In this document: positions 22,899 through 32,000 of the stretch, piece by piece
Position numbering within the stretch: the first letter of the stretch is position 1
How the letters are laid out: each line of letters opens with the position of its first letter
Source: Raphidiopsis brookii D9
GTDB lineage: Bacteria > Cyanobacteriota > Cyanobacteriia > Cyanobacteriales > Nostocaceae
Direction of reading: 5' to 3'
NCBI GenBank assembly: GCA_000175855.1
Contig: ACYB01000046.1
Span: forward strand, 60,001-92,000
Length of the DNA: 32,000 bases
Program-made: the position numbers and the translations under genes
Notes under the pieces: model-generated
Databases searched by the model: none
Seen by the model: only the letters and a program-made list of their open reading frames with translations
What the model was told of the DNA's origin: nothing

Positions 22899-23885
22899 AT
22901 GAATAATTCCAGTGTTTTGTGTCTTGGCGAAATTTTATTTGATTGTCTAGCTGATCAAATAGGTCTAAAATTAGAAGAAGTGAACTCCTGGACTCCTTAC
23001 CCGGGGGGGGCTCCTGCTAATGTGGCCTGTGCTTTGGTTAAACTGGGAACGAAAGCAGGATTTATCGGTGCTGTAGGACAGGATGATCCTGGTGACACCC
23101 TGGTAAAACTCCTGGGAGATGTGGGTGTGGATACTAGAGGTGTTCAACGCCATCCTACAGCTCCTACCCGTGAAGTTTATGTGGTTAGAGATTTGAATGG
23201 CGATCGCACTTTTGCTGGATTTGGTAAATATCACACTAGCGATTTTGCTGACACCTGCTTAAAGGCCAGTGATTTACCCAAGGAGTTGTTTAACGAAGCG
23301 GATTTTTTAGTCTTGGGAACATTGGAATTGGCCTACCCCGAAAGTGAAGCTGCTACTCATCAAGCTTTACAACTAGCGGAACGGTATGACCTAAAGATTG
23401 TTTTGGATGTGAATTGGCGACCTGTGTTTTGGCAGGACAGTGAGTTAGCAAAGCAGAAGATTCACCAAATATTACCCAATTGTGATTTTATCAAGCTGAC
23501 TAAAGAAGAGGGCGAGTGGCTATTTAATACTAGTGATGCCGGTGCAATTACTTATAGACTCAACTCTTTAGAAGGGGTTTTAGTGACAGATGGAGAAAAT
23601 GGTTGTTCCTATTGTTTGGCGGAAAACGAGGGCAAACTACCAGCTTTTTCCGTACCTGTGGTGGATACCACTGGTGCGGGAGATAGTTTTTTGGCTGGGT
23701 TTGTTCATCAGTTAAACCAGTATGGGATTCAAGCTTTAAGCGATCCGCAAATTGCCAAATCAGTTATTACCTATGCCAGTGCAGTAGGTGCCCTGACTAC
23801 TATCAACCTAGGAGCGATCGCATCTCAACCAACCGCACAGGAAGTAGAGGCCTTTCTGCATAGCAATAAACTCAGCCTAATATAA
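22899..23885 (+). CDS. PfkB family carbohydrate kinase (fructokinase-like)
   Basis: 328 aa, with YPGGAPANVACALVKLG, DVNWRPVFW, LVTDGENGC and VVDTTGAGDSFLAGFVHQL. Confidence 0.95.
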   Translation: MNNSSVLCLGEILFDCLADQIGLKLEEVNSWTPYPGGAPANVACALVKLGTKAGFIGAVGQDDPGDTLVKLLGDVGVDTRGVQRHPTAPTREVYVVRDLNGDRTFAGFGKYHTSDFADTCLKASDLPKELFNEADFLVLGTLELAYPESEAATHQALQLAERYDLKIVLDVNWRPVFWQDSELAKQKIHQILPNCDFIKLTKEEGEWLFNTSDAGAITYRLNSLEGVLVTDGENGCSYCLAENEGKLPAFSVPVVDTTGAGDSFLAGFVHQLNQYGIQALSDPQIAKSVITYASAVGALTTINLGAIASQPTAQEVEAFLHSNKLSLI

Positions 23886-24054
23886 CCTGCAATCCGGTAA
23901 CTAATCTTTCTATGGTTGGTGCTGCTGTTTCCGGTTTCAAAACACCGTATGCAACTCGTAAACTGTTTTTAATCAACTCCCCCACTAAGGGAATCACTGG
24001 GGATTGCACTCCACTCATTCGGGAAAATTGATAATTCCATGGTTGATTATTCAT
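23872..24054 (-). pseudogene. Remnant of a class I/II PLP-dependent aminotransferase with a large in-frame internal deletion
   Basis: The ORF from the ATG at 24054 reads MNNQPWNYQFSRMSGVQSPVIPLVGELIKNS (aminotransferase N-terminus) directly followed by LRVAYGVLKPETAAPTIERLVTGLQVILG, which resembles the extreme C-terminus (...LRVAYGxLxxETxxxGIERLVxGL). The PLP-binding core is absent. The ORF is complete, at 60 aa. Confidence 0.7.
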
Positions 24055-24056
24055 AG

Positions 24057-25421
24057 TTATTGCGATTTTCTCAACCCACAAACTTCTACTAATGTGCTGG
24101 TAAAATTAGGATAGGAAATGGCTGCTGCTTCAGCACGATGAATGGTAGTAGTACCAATAGCATTTAAAGCTGCGATCGCCAAACTCATGCCTATTCTATG
24201 ATCTGCATAACTATCCACCTGGGTCCCCACTAAACTAGCACCACCAGTAATTTCCATACCATCAGCTAACTCAGTGACCCTGGCACCCATTTTATTCAAC
24301 TGTTGTGCCATTACAGTAATGCGATCGCTCTCCTTGACTCGTAATTCTGCTGCATCTCTGATTATAGTTGTTCCCTTAGCAAAGGAAGCGGCAACGGATA
24401 GGATAGGAATCTCATCAATTAGTCTAGGTATAATATCGCCAGCAATGGTACAGCTTTGTAGTTGACTAGAGCGCACATGCAAATCCGCAACAGGTTCTCC
24501 TGCGACTTCCCGCTGATTTTCTAATTGGATATTTGCTCCCATAACAGTCAAAGCTTCTAGAATTCCCGTGCGGGTAGGATTGACCCCCACATTTTCCACC
24601 ACTAAATCAGATCCAGGAACAATAGATCCAGCAACCAACCAAAAAGCAGCAGAGCTGATATCACCAGGAACAATTACCTTCTGACCATAAAGTTTAGCAT
24701 TACCCGTAATAGTCACACTATTACTCCCTGGGTCTATGGTTAAATCTGCTCCAAAAGCTTTTAACATTCGTTCACTGTGATCTCGAGATAAAGCTGGCTC
24801 TGTTACGGTGGTTTTTCCTTCCGTGTTCAAACCAGCAAGAAGAATACAAGATTTGACCTGAGCTGAAGCAATGGGGGAGTGATAATGGATGGGTTTAAGA
24901 GATTGCCCTTGAATAGCTAAAGGTGCTAAAGTATTACCCTTTCTACCCCAGATTTGAGCTGACATTTGTTGTAAAGGCTTGACCACGCGGGACATGGGAC
25001 GCGATCGCAAGGAATCATCACCAGTGACAGCGAAAAATATGCCAGGATGGGAAGCTAACAAACCCAACATTAGGCGAATAGTCGTGCCCGAGTTGCCCGC
25101 ATTTAAAACATCGACAGGTTCTTGGAAATTCCCTAGACCAATACCCTGAACCCGCACCAACTGGGTGTTTAAATCAGAAATTTCTGCCCCCAGAGAACGA
25201 AAACAGCTAGCAGTGCTGCGGGGATCCTCACCCAGTAGCAGTCCTTGAATTTCTGTTTCTCCCTCAGCAATAGCTCCCAACATCAAAGCGCGATGAGAAA
25301 TAGACTTATCACCGGGAACTTGAATGCGACCTTGTAGAGACAAATCGGAATCAGATCTGTGAATAATTAAGTTATGAGAACCAGTTTCTCGAGTTTCTAA
25401 AGTTATAATATCAGCTGACAT
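24057..25421 (-). CDS. aroA: 3-phosphoshikimate 1-carboxyvinyltransferase (EPSP synthase)
   Basis: 454 aa, with [54 protein letters not shown] and LRVKESDRI. Confidence 0.97.
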   Translation of the reverse strand: MSADIITLETRETGSHNLIIHRSDSDLSLQGRIQVPGDKSISHRALMLGAIAEGETEIQGLLLGEDPRSTASCFRSLGAEISDLNTQLVRVQGIGLGNFQEPVDVLNAGNSGTTIRLMLGLLASHPGIFFAVTGDDSLRSRPMSRVVKPLQQMSAQIWGRKGNTLAPLAIQGQSLKPIHYHSPIASAQVKSCILLAGLNTEGKTTVTEPALSRDHSERMLKAFGADLTIDPGSNSVTITGNAKLYGQKVIVPGDISSAAFWLVAGSIVPGSDLVVENVGVNPTRTGILEALTVMGANIQLENQREVAGEPVADLHVRSSQLQSCTIAGDIIPRLIDEIPILSVAASFAKGTTIIRDAAELRVKESDRITVMAQQLNKMGARVTELADGMEITGGASLVGTQVDSYADHRIGMSLAIAALNAIGTTTIHRAEAAAISYPNFTSTLVEVCGLRKSQ

Positions 25422-25677
25422 TAGAGTACACTAGCTTTGGAATAGGTGGGAATTTTTCAGTCGCTTCTGTTGCTGTCACTGGTAAATTCCTCCCCAATAT
25501 CCTACCGCTTTTTAGCACTCCTAGTATCCAGGTTTCTGACAAAACATCCTTAATGCCTAGTAATCTTGAACTTACCCATCAAATCTTGACCCAATTTACG
25601 CTGACTACATTAAACTTGATTCTATGGTATTAAACTCATATAGTTATTTTAAATAGTTTATTTATCCAACTAACTAC

Positions 25678-26208
25678 TTGCAAAAATTATTAATCATGCT
25701 CACTCATCACCAAAAACCCGTTTGTTTATCTATTATTTCCACCGATTTACCAGTTTGGTCAGTTGTGGAAACTCCTGCTACCCTATATCAAAAAGACACT
25801 GAGAGGTTTCACTTACTTCTAACAGCACCACCCTTAATTAGTTGTGAAGCGGGCAATATATCCACTACGGAAAATGCGATCGCTCCGATCCACAAACATT
25901 TGGAGACCCCTCCCAGTCCTAGAATTTTATGGGTAGAGATTTCACCCTACCGAATTACCATGACCATGCAGGGTAGTACTCAAATTAGTTACAGGCATTT
26001 TTGGGAGAAAGGGGTTTATGGAATGAGTCGTTATTGGCTACCTGTTGAATCGTTACAACCATGTCAACCAATTCGTTTACGTAATTTTACCACTAACCTA
26101 AAATTAACTGGAAAAATTTTGCCAGAAAATTTACGGATTGACTATGAATTGTGGTCGCAAAAGTTGCAGTTGGGTCGATATATTCTCAACTTGGAAATTC
26201 ATCATTGA
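25678..26208 (+). CDS. Conserved-looking hypothetical protein upstream of the ThyA-like fusion gene
   Basis: 176 aa complete ORF, 9 bp before and co-directional with the next gene. No family recognised. Confidence 0.6.
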   Translation: MQKLLIMLTHHQKPVCLSIISTDLPVWSVVETPATLYQKDTERFHLLLTAPPLISCEAGNISTTENAIAPIHKHLETPPSPRILWVEISPYRITMTMQGSTQISYRHFWEKGVYGMSRYWLPVESLQPCQPIRLRNFTTNLKLTGKILPENLRIDYELWSQKLQLGRYILNLEIHH

Positions 26209-26217
26209 TCTGTTTAT

Positions 26218-27759
26218 ATGACACCAGAAGTTAGAACGGATAGATTTAATTATATTGCAAAGTATAAAAGCAATCAATTGATTTACGGTAATGGAAACAC
26301 AGTAGTAGTAACTGGTTGGACCGTAAAAGAAGCTCTATGTAAACGTCTACAACCATCCGAGTATGCAGTCATTGGACAATTGTACTCACCGACTAGGGGG
26401 ATAAATATATTAGTTCGCAACTTGTTGTTAAATCCCCATGTGCACTATTTAATAGTTATAAATGCTACTAAAGAAGATAAAAATGCTGGTGCTATAGAAT
26501 GTTTACTAGATTTTTTTGCCCATGGTGTGGAAGAAAATTTTAGTGATAGTGGTCGCAGATCCTGGGTAATTTGCTCTCCTATTCCTGGATACATAGACAT
26601 TGAAGTTGATATTAAGGCTTTGGAAAAACTGCGTCATAGTATGGAGGTTGTAACGGCAAAATCAATTTCTGTAGCTATCGAAAAAATTCAATCCTATGCA
26701 CAAAAACCAATTCTTCCTCCCTGGGGAATGGCACTAGAATTCTCCATGTCTAAATTTGAAACCCCAATTTTACCAGGAGTAATTTATGGACATAGAATAG
26801 AAGGTAAAACCATAGCTGAAACTTGGGTAAAAATCATTCATCGGATTAAAACAACGGGAAAAATCAGACCCAGTGCTTATGATAGTAAATGGCAAGAATT
26901 AATTGATTTAATGGCAATTATTACCGATGAACCTGAAGACTTTTATTTTCCTGACCCTAATTACCTACCAATAGACAGAAGCTATTTACCAGAATATATT
27001 TCCCAGGTTTTAGATGATGCACCTGAACAAGAAGGTGTCAAATATACTTATGGAAAAAGACTACGTTCTTGGTTTGGTAAAGACCAGATTCAGCAAGTAA
27101 TTGATAAATTAACTAATGATTTTGATTCTGCTAGAGCAGTAATGTCTCTATGGGATCCAGAGCAGGATCATCATGATAGTCCACCTTGTTTAAATCATAT
27201 TTGGGTGAGAATAATGGATAATCAATTATCTTTAACAGCAACATTCCGCAGCAATGATATGTTTTCTGCTTGGCCAGCAAATGCTATGGGATTAAGAGCT
27301 TTACAAAAGTACATTTATGATAGAGTTCATAATGGGGTTGATAATAAAACAAATCAAGACTTTTTTGGTCAGTTGCAGCTTGGTCCCTTAATTACTATTA
27401 GTCAAAGTGCCCATATTTATGATGAATGTTGGGAAAGTGCAGAAAATGTGATTGCTTCCCACTACCGGAAAATGTTCCAGGAAAAGGATTATTTTGACCC
27501 TGCAGGAAACTTTATTATTTATATCCAGGATGGTAATATTATAGTGGAGCATACCACCCCTAATTCAGGGGAGGTCATTAATTGTTATTCTGGTAAATCC
27601 GCAGTTCAACTTTCTAGAGAAATAATATTCAGTTCCCCCGGATTACAAGTTGATCACGCTATGTATTTGGGTTCGGAATTACAAAAAGCTGAGATGGCTT
27701 TATCCAGTCAACAAGGGTTGATTTATGAGCAGGATAAACCTTTAAAAACCAATAGCTAG
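26218..27759 (+). CDS. Fusion of an MtrA/DUF4346-like N-terminal domain with a thymidylate synthase (ThyA)-like domain
   Basis: 513 aa. N-terminal YAVIGQLYSPTRGINILVRNLLLNPHVHYLIVINATKEDKNAGAIECLLDFFAHG. C-terminal YTYGKRLRSWFGKDQIQQVIDKLTNDFDSARAVMSLWDPEQDHHDSPPCLNHIWVR...TFRSNDMFSAWPANAMG...AHIYD, carrying ThyA-like catalytic Cys, RS-D, P-N and H-Y motifs. Confidence 0.8.
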   Translation: MTPEVRTDRFNYIAKYKSNQLIYGNGNTVVVTGWTVKEALCKRLQPSEYAVIGQLYSPTRGINILVRNLLLNPHVHYLIVINATKEDKNAGAIECLLDFFAHGVEENFSDSGRRSWVICSPIPGYIDIEVDIKALEKLRHSMEVVTAKSISVAIEKIQSYAQKPILPPWGMALEFSMSKFETPILPGVIYGHRIEGKTIAETWVKIIHRIKTTGKIRPSAYDSKWQELIDLMAIITDEPEDFYFPDPNYLPIDRSYLPEYISQVLDDAPEQEGVKYTYGKRLRSWFGKDQIQQVIDKLTNDFDSARAVMSLWDPEQDHHDSPPCLNHIWVRIMDNQLSLTATFRSNDMFSAWPANAMGLRALQKYIYDRVHNGVDNKTNQDFFGQLQLGPLITISQSAHIYDECWESAENVIASHYRKMFQEKDYFDPAGNFIIYIQDGNIIVEHTTPNSGEVINCYSGKSAVQLSREIIFSSPGLQVDHAMYLGSELQKAEMALSSQQGLIYEQDKPLKTNS

Positions 27760-27784
27760 ATTAATTTTTGGATCAGCTTCCAAA

Positions 27785-28792
27785 TCAAACTTGGTAATAA
27801 TCCCTGTACCATTCTACAAACCGCTTCACCCCAACTTCAATGGGGGTAGCAGGCTTAAAGCCAACGTCTTGAATTAAATCGTCAACATCTGCGTACGTCA
27901 TGGTCACATCACCTGGTTGCAAAGGCAACATATTCTTTTTCGCTTTTATACCCAAGCACTCCTCTATAACTTCAATAAATCGAGATAACTCTACAGGGTT
28001 ATTATTGCCAATATTATATATCTTATAAGGTGCTTTACTACTACCAGGATTAGGATCGTCACCAGACCAACTAGTATTACCTTGGGGGATACTAGTTATG
28101 ACTCTTACTATACCTTCAACAATGTCGTCAATATATGTAAAATCCCGCTTCATTTTACCATAATTGAAAACTTCTATAGGTTCTCCTGAGAGGATAGCCT
28201 TAGTGAAGAGAAATAAAGCCATATCTGGTCTTCCCCAAGGACCATAAACGGTGAAAAAACGCAGTCCCGTGGTAGGTAATCCATAAAGGTGACTGTAAGT
28301 ATGCGCCATTAACTCATTAGCTTTTTTGGTAGCAGCATATAAACTAATGGGATGATCTACATTGTCATGGGTAGAAAACGGAACTTTAGTATTAGCTCCA
28401 TAGACAGAGCTGGAGGAAGCAAATACTAAGTGTTTAACTTGATGGTGACGACAGGACTCTAAAATGTTGGTAAACCCGACAATATTACTGTTAATATAGG
28501 CATGGGGGTTTTTCAGAGAGTATCTCACTCCCGCTTGAGCTGCTAGATTCACAACCGCGTCAAATTCATGCTCTGTAAACAATTTGTCGATCCCTTGCTG
28601 ATCGGCCAATTCCACATGAGCAAAGGTAAAGAGTTTATTGGGCTGTAATTGTTCTAATCGAGCCTGTTTCAGGGAAACATCGTAGTAGTTATTCAAGTTG
28701 TCTATCCCTATTACAGTCTCGCCTTGACGCAACAAGTAGTTAGTTAAATGAAAGCCAATGAATCCTGCAGCACCGGTGACCAAAATTTTCAT
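27785..28792 (-). CDS. NAD-dependent epimerase, UDP-glucuronate 4-epimerase-like
   Basis: 335 aa, with [57 protein letters not shown] and [41 protein letters not shown]. Confidence 0.93.
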   Translation of the reverse strand: MKILVTGAAGFIGFHLTNYLLRQGETVIGIDNLNNYYDVSLKQARLEQLQPNKLFTFAHVELADQQGIDKLFTEHEFDAVVNLAAQAGVRYSLKNPHAYINSNIVGFTNILESCRHHQVKHLVFASSSSVYGANTKVPFSTHDNVDHPISLYAATKKANELMAHTYSHLYGLPTTGLRFFTVYGPWGRPDMALFLFTKAILSGEPIEVFNYGKMKRDFTYIDDIVEGIVRVITSIPQGNTSWSGDDPNPGSSKAPYKIYNIGNNNPVELSRFIEVIEECLGIKAKKNMLPLQPGDVTMTYADVDDLIQDVGFKPATPIEVGVKRFVEWYRDYYQV

Positions 28793-28848
28793 AGTAATTT
28801 CGAAGACATTGTAGGCACAATCATACCATAGCAGATTAAATTAACAAG

Positions 28849-28921
28849 TACCCCCAGGGGAATTCGAATCCCCGTTACCTCCGTGAAAGGGAGATGTCCT
28901 AGGCCTCTAGACGATGGGGGC
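28849..28921 (-). tRNA. tRNA-Glu (anticodon UUC), 73 nt without encoded CCA
   Basis: Reverse complement GCCCCCATCGTCTAGAGGCCTAGGACATCTCCCTTTCACGGAGGTAACGGGGATTCGAATTCCCCTGGGGGTA. The acceptor stem GCCCCCA/TGGGGGT, T-arm GGGGATTCGAATTCCCC and anticodon loop CTTTCAC all fit. Confidence 0.95.
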
Positions 28922-29239
28922 GCTGGACTTCACTCTTATTAACCTACCCTATTATTTCGGGAATGTCAACTAGTTCCAGAAAATTTTTTTCTCGAACTTT
29001 TTCGGGTAAGAAGTAAACCTTTATAACTGCAGGAGATCTTTCAATCCAATATTTCCTCACATTTCCGAGATAATAGGGTGGCTAAATCCGGAAAAAACAT
29101 GTAATATAAAGAGCCAAGTAGAAAAAACGCCCTCAAATTCGTCATGACGGGAATGTTATTTAGACTTGTAAACTTACACTTGTAATTGTTGAAGAGGTTA
29201 ATTAAAGGATCTTGAGATTAATAACTCAAAATCTATAAC

Positions 29240-31123
29240 ATGGAAACATCTTTTCAAGTCACTTTACAGATGGTGTTCACGGTCTTGGCAGGCATTGGCG
29301 CCCAAGTTATGGCCGCACACTTTCGTCTGCCCAGCATTGTTCTACTGCTCCTATTGGGCATCATCCTGGGTAATGATGGTGTAGGAATATTACATCCCCA
29401 ATTATTAGGTATCGGATTAGAAGTGATTGTCTCCCTAGCAACGGCAATCATCTTATTTGAAGGTGGACTGAAATTGGACTTCCGGGAGGTGGGTAGGGTT
29501 TCCGTGAGTTTGCAACTGTTAGTGACCCTGGGGACCTTAATTACCTTGCTGGGTGGGAGTATGGCGGCCCATTGGCTGGGAGAATTTCCTTGGAACCTAG
29601 CCTTTCTTTACGCCTCCATAGTTGTAGTTACTGGACCGACTGTTATTGGACCATTAGTCAAACAAATTAATGTAGATAAGCAGGTTGCTACACTACTAGA
29701 AGGAGAAGGGGTTTTAATTGATCCTGTGGGGGCAATTTTGGCATATGTGGTACTGGATACTATTGTTAATGGCGATCCGGATCCCATGGGAGCAGTTATG
29801 GGTCTAATAATGCGACTGGGTGTGGGAGGGATTATTGGAGTTCTAGGTGGTTTAGTAATGAGCATGGTCTTCAAACGTGCCAACTTCCTGTCCTTTGAAC
29901 TGAAAAATCTAGTAGTTTTAGCATTGCTATGGGGCCTGTTTACCATGGCGCAAGCCATCCGCAGCGAATCTGGGGTGATGACCACAGTTGTAGCGGGTGC
30001 GGTATTTGCTAACTCATCCGTTCCCGAAGAGCGCTTATTACGCAGCTTTAAAAATCAACTAACAATTCTGGGCGTTTCCGTACTGTTTATTTTATTGGCG
30101 GCGGATTTATCTATTGCTAGTGTTTTTGCCCTGGGTTGGGGCAGTTTATTTACTGTCCTGGTATTAATGTTTGTAGTGCGTCCAATCAATATTCTTTTGT
30201 GTACTTGGAATAGTGGTCTGAATTGGCGGCAAAAGTTGTTTTTAAGTTGGGTTGCTCCCAGGGGAATAGTTTCCGCCTCTGTAGCTTCATTATTTGCCAT
30301 TTCCCTAACTCAACATGGGATTAATGGTGGAGATGCCATTAAGGCTTTAGTATTTCTGACTATTATTATGACTGTTTTTTGTCAGGGCTTAACAGCTTCA
30401 TGGCTGGTGAAATGCCTAGGAATTACTTCAGAAAATTTAACAGGAGCCTTGATAGTTGGCTGTAATCCCCTCAGTTTGCTGATTGCTCGCTTTTTCCAGG
30501 AAAGGGGAGAGAAAGTAGTAATAATTGATACTGATTCAGAATATTTAGCTCAGGCAGAGGCTCAAAATTTGCCCGTGCTTGTGAACAGTGCTTTAGATGC
30601 TCAGGTTTTGGAAAATGCGGGTATTGCTAAAATCGGTACATTTATAGCAATGACTAACAATAGAGAGGTGAATTTTGTTTTGGCGCAACGAGCAGCTGAA
30701 GAGTTCAATCCACCCCGAGTTTTAGCCATATTCCCCAGAGATTCTCATGGTAATGTTTCAGTTCATAGTAGAGTGAGTCAGGCTTTTGTTTCTGACCTAC
30801 CAATAAAAACCTGGAATGAGTATTTGAGTGGTGGTAGGGTGAAATTGGGCAATACAACTTTAAACGAAGAAGAATTTGAAAGTCAACAGCAGCATATTCA
30901 GGAAAAGATTCGCACTGGCGTACTAGTGCCTTTGTTACTGGAAAGAGAAGAAAGATTACAGGTAGTATCGGTGAATGAAACTTGGGAAGTGGGCGATCGC
31001 ATTATTTATCTGTTGTATGATTCCCGACCAAGTCTGTTAAAACTGCTCTCTGGATCCAGTCAGTCTGGGGTTTTAGCCTTAGAAACTTTACCGGAGGTGG
31101 AGGTGGACAGTTATTATTTGTAG
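29240..31123 (+). CDS. Sodium/proton antiporter (CPA1-like) with C-terminal TrkA-N (RCK) domain
   Basis: 627 aa. Membrane part has LLLGIILGNDGVGIL, ATAIILFEGGLKLDFREV and GEGVLIDPVGAI. C-terminal Rossmann-like GALIVGCNPLSLLIARFFQERGEKVVIIDTDSEYLAQA. Confidence 0.9.
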   Translation: METSFQVTLQMVFTVLAGIGAQVMAAHFRLPSIVLLLLLGIILGNDGVGILHPQLLGIGLEVIVSLATAIILFEGGLKLDFREVGRVSVSLQLLVTLGTLITLLGGSMAAHWLGEFPWNLAFLYASIVVVTGPTVIGPLVKQINVDKQVATLLEGEGVLIDPVGAILAYVVLDTIVNGDPDPMGAVMGLIMRLGVGGIIGVLGGLVMSMVFKRANFLSFELKNLVVLALLWGLFTMAQAIRSESGVMTTVVAGAVFANSSVPEERLLRSFKNQLTILGVSVLFILLAADLSIASVFALGWGSLFTVLVLMFVVRPINILLCTWNSGLNWRQKLFLSWVAPRGIVSASVASLFAISLTQHGINGGDAIKALVFLTIIMTVFCQGLTASWLVKCLGITSENLTGALIVGCNPLSLLIARFFQERGEKVVIIDTDSEYLAQAEAQNLPVLVNSALDAQVLENAGIAKIGTFIAMTNNREVNFVLAQRAAEEFNPPRVLAIFPRDSHGNVSVHSRVSQAFVSDLPIKTWNEYLSGGRVKLGNTTLNEEEFESQQQHIQEKIRTGVLVPLLLEREERLQVVSVNETWEVGDRIIYLLYDSRPSLLKLLSGSSQSGVLALETLPEVEVDSYYL

Positions 31124-31295
31124 AATAGATGAAGCCACATTTGAAAAATGGGAATATAATTTAAGAAATCAAGTTTCTAGTTGGGCATGGCAGAAATGGC
31201 TGTGACTGCAAACCCCAAGTAAGTTATGTTAGTTGCCCGCCTTTCGCCTGCTGGAACTAGCTGACAGCAACTAAGTCGAGTGAACGATTCAGATT

Positions 31296-32000
31296 ATGTC
31301 TTACGTCTCCGTCCTGAAAAGCATTCCAGAAATATTAGGCCAGCCTACAGGAATAGCTGCCATAGCTTCTCTTGGTATCCATGGGGCTATTGCCTTGATT
31401 GTGCCATTAATGCCCATTGATTCCAATCACAATCAGACTGCACGAACTGATACGACGAAGGCTGTGGGACTAATGGAACTGAGTCCTGCTGACCAAAATA
31501 GACTGCCACAGTCTACTCATTCAGCCCAAATAGCCGCCCAGCTCCCCCAACTGGCCTTACAATCCCAAATTCCCTTGGGTGGTTTGAGTGTTGCTGGACA
31601 ACCCCTAGAACCTCCTGTTCAGCCAGTTTTACCCCCTCCCCTCTTACCTCCTATCCCTACGTCTTCTTCTAACTACAATCTTTCTGTATTGCCTCAAAGG
31701 CAACCGTTGCCAAGGATCCGCACCACTAGTGTGGATATCCAGGCTAGTGGTTTACGCTTCAAAAATAAATTTTCTTCCCGCTCTTCATCAGCATCTCCTT
31801 TTGTCGATAATATAGATGACCAAATTAGACTAAATCAATCTACGGTTAGTAAGTTACCACAAGTTGATAACAAAATAACCGCAGAAATACCAAGTGAGCC
31901 TTTAAATAATCCTTCCCCCACTAAGATTGATATTGACTCTACTGCAAGCACACAAGACACTGGGGGAATAGGTCAAAACCAGTCTTCAGTTACCTCTGAC
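31296..32000 (+). CDS. Proline/Ser-rich protein with N-terminal hydrophobic segment, TonB/energy-transducer-like (3' end outside window)
   Basis: Open frame from the ATG at 31296 to the window edge (235 codons), not in the supplied ORF track because it is truncated. MSYVSVLKSIPEILGQPTGIAAIASLGIHGAIALIVPLMP, then PPVQPVLPPPLLPPIPTSSS. Confidence 0.6.
   Translation, partial: MSYVSVLKSIPEILGQPTGIAAIASLGIHGAIALIVPLMPIDSNHNQTARTDTTKAVGLMELSPADQNRLPQSTHSAQIAAQLPQLALQSQIPLGGLSVAGQPLEPPVQPVLPPPLLPPIPTSSSNYNLSVLPQRQPLPRIRTTSVDIQASGLRFKNKFSSRSSSASPFVDNIDDQIRLNQSTVSKLPQVDNKITAEIPSEPLNNPSPTKIDIDSTASTQDTGGIGQNQSSVTSD

Noticed and set aside
28922-29239. Possible island insertion site downstream of tRNA-Glu
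   Set aside because: No integrase, no second copy of the tRNA 3' end seen nearby, and both flanking genes look like ordinary chromosomal genes.
29608-29985. 125-aa minus-strand ORF inside the antiporter gene
   Set aside because: Shadow of a strong coding frame. Its low-complexity Thr/Ile/Pro composition is expected from antisense of membrane-protein codons.

Overview
This is a cyanobacterial chromosomal segment. It looks heterocystous/Nostocales-like, possibly Raphidiopsis/Cylindrospermopsis, but that genus guess is inference from protein flavour only. It is densely coded and mostly housekeeping. In order it holds: the apcE-apcA-apcB phycobilisome core cluster (minus strand, apcB cut by the window edge); a DUF29 protein; PBP2; a b561-like membrane protein; a TPR protein; Ap4A phosphorylase; CutA; a FetB-like permease; a DegT aminotransferase; a Ycf23/DUF561 protein; a KDPG-aldolase-like protein; an M20 amidohydrolase; an ffh-rpsP-KH protein-phoH RNA/translation cluster; a DUF4912 protein; a glycosyltransferase; a small LuxR-type regulator; a PfkB kinase; aroA; an unusual MtrA/DUF4346-like + ThyA-like fusion protein; a nucleotide-sugar epimerase; tRNA-Glu(UUC); a CPA1-like antiporter with a TrkA-N domain; and the start of a TonB-like/proline-rich protein. 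I see no convincing CRISPR array, IS element, phage, toxin-antitoxin pair or new multi-gene defence system. The best second-look items are: (1) a short ORF after aroA (23872..24054, minus) that reads as the N-terminus of a class I/II aminotransferase joined in frame to its extreme C-terminus, i.e. an internally deleted gene; (2) the MtrA/DUF4346-like-ThyA fusion and its small upstream partner; (3) an orphan terminator-like hairpin upstream of ffh; (4) an unusual ID in place of ND in the antiporter.
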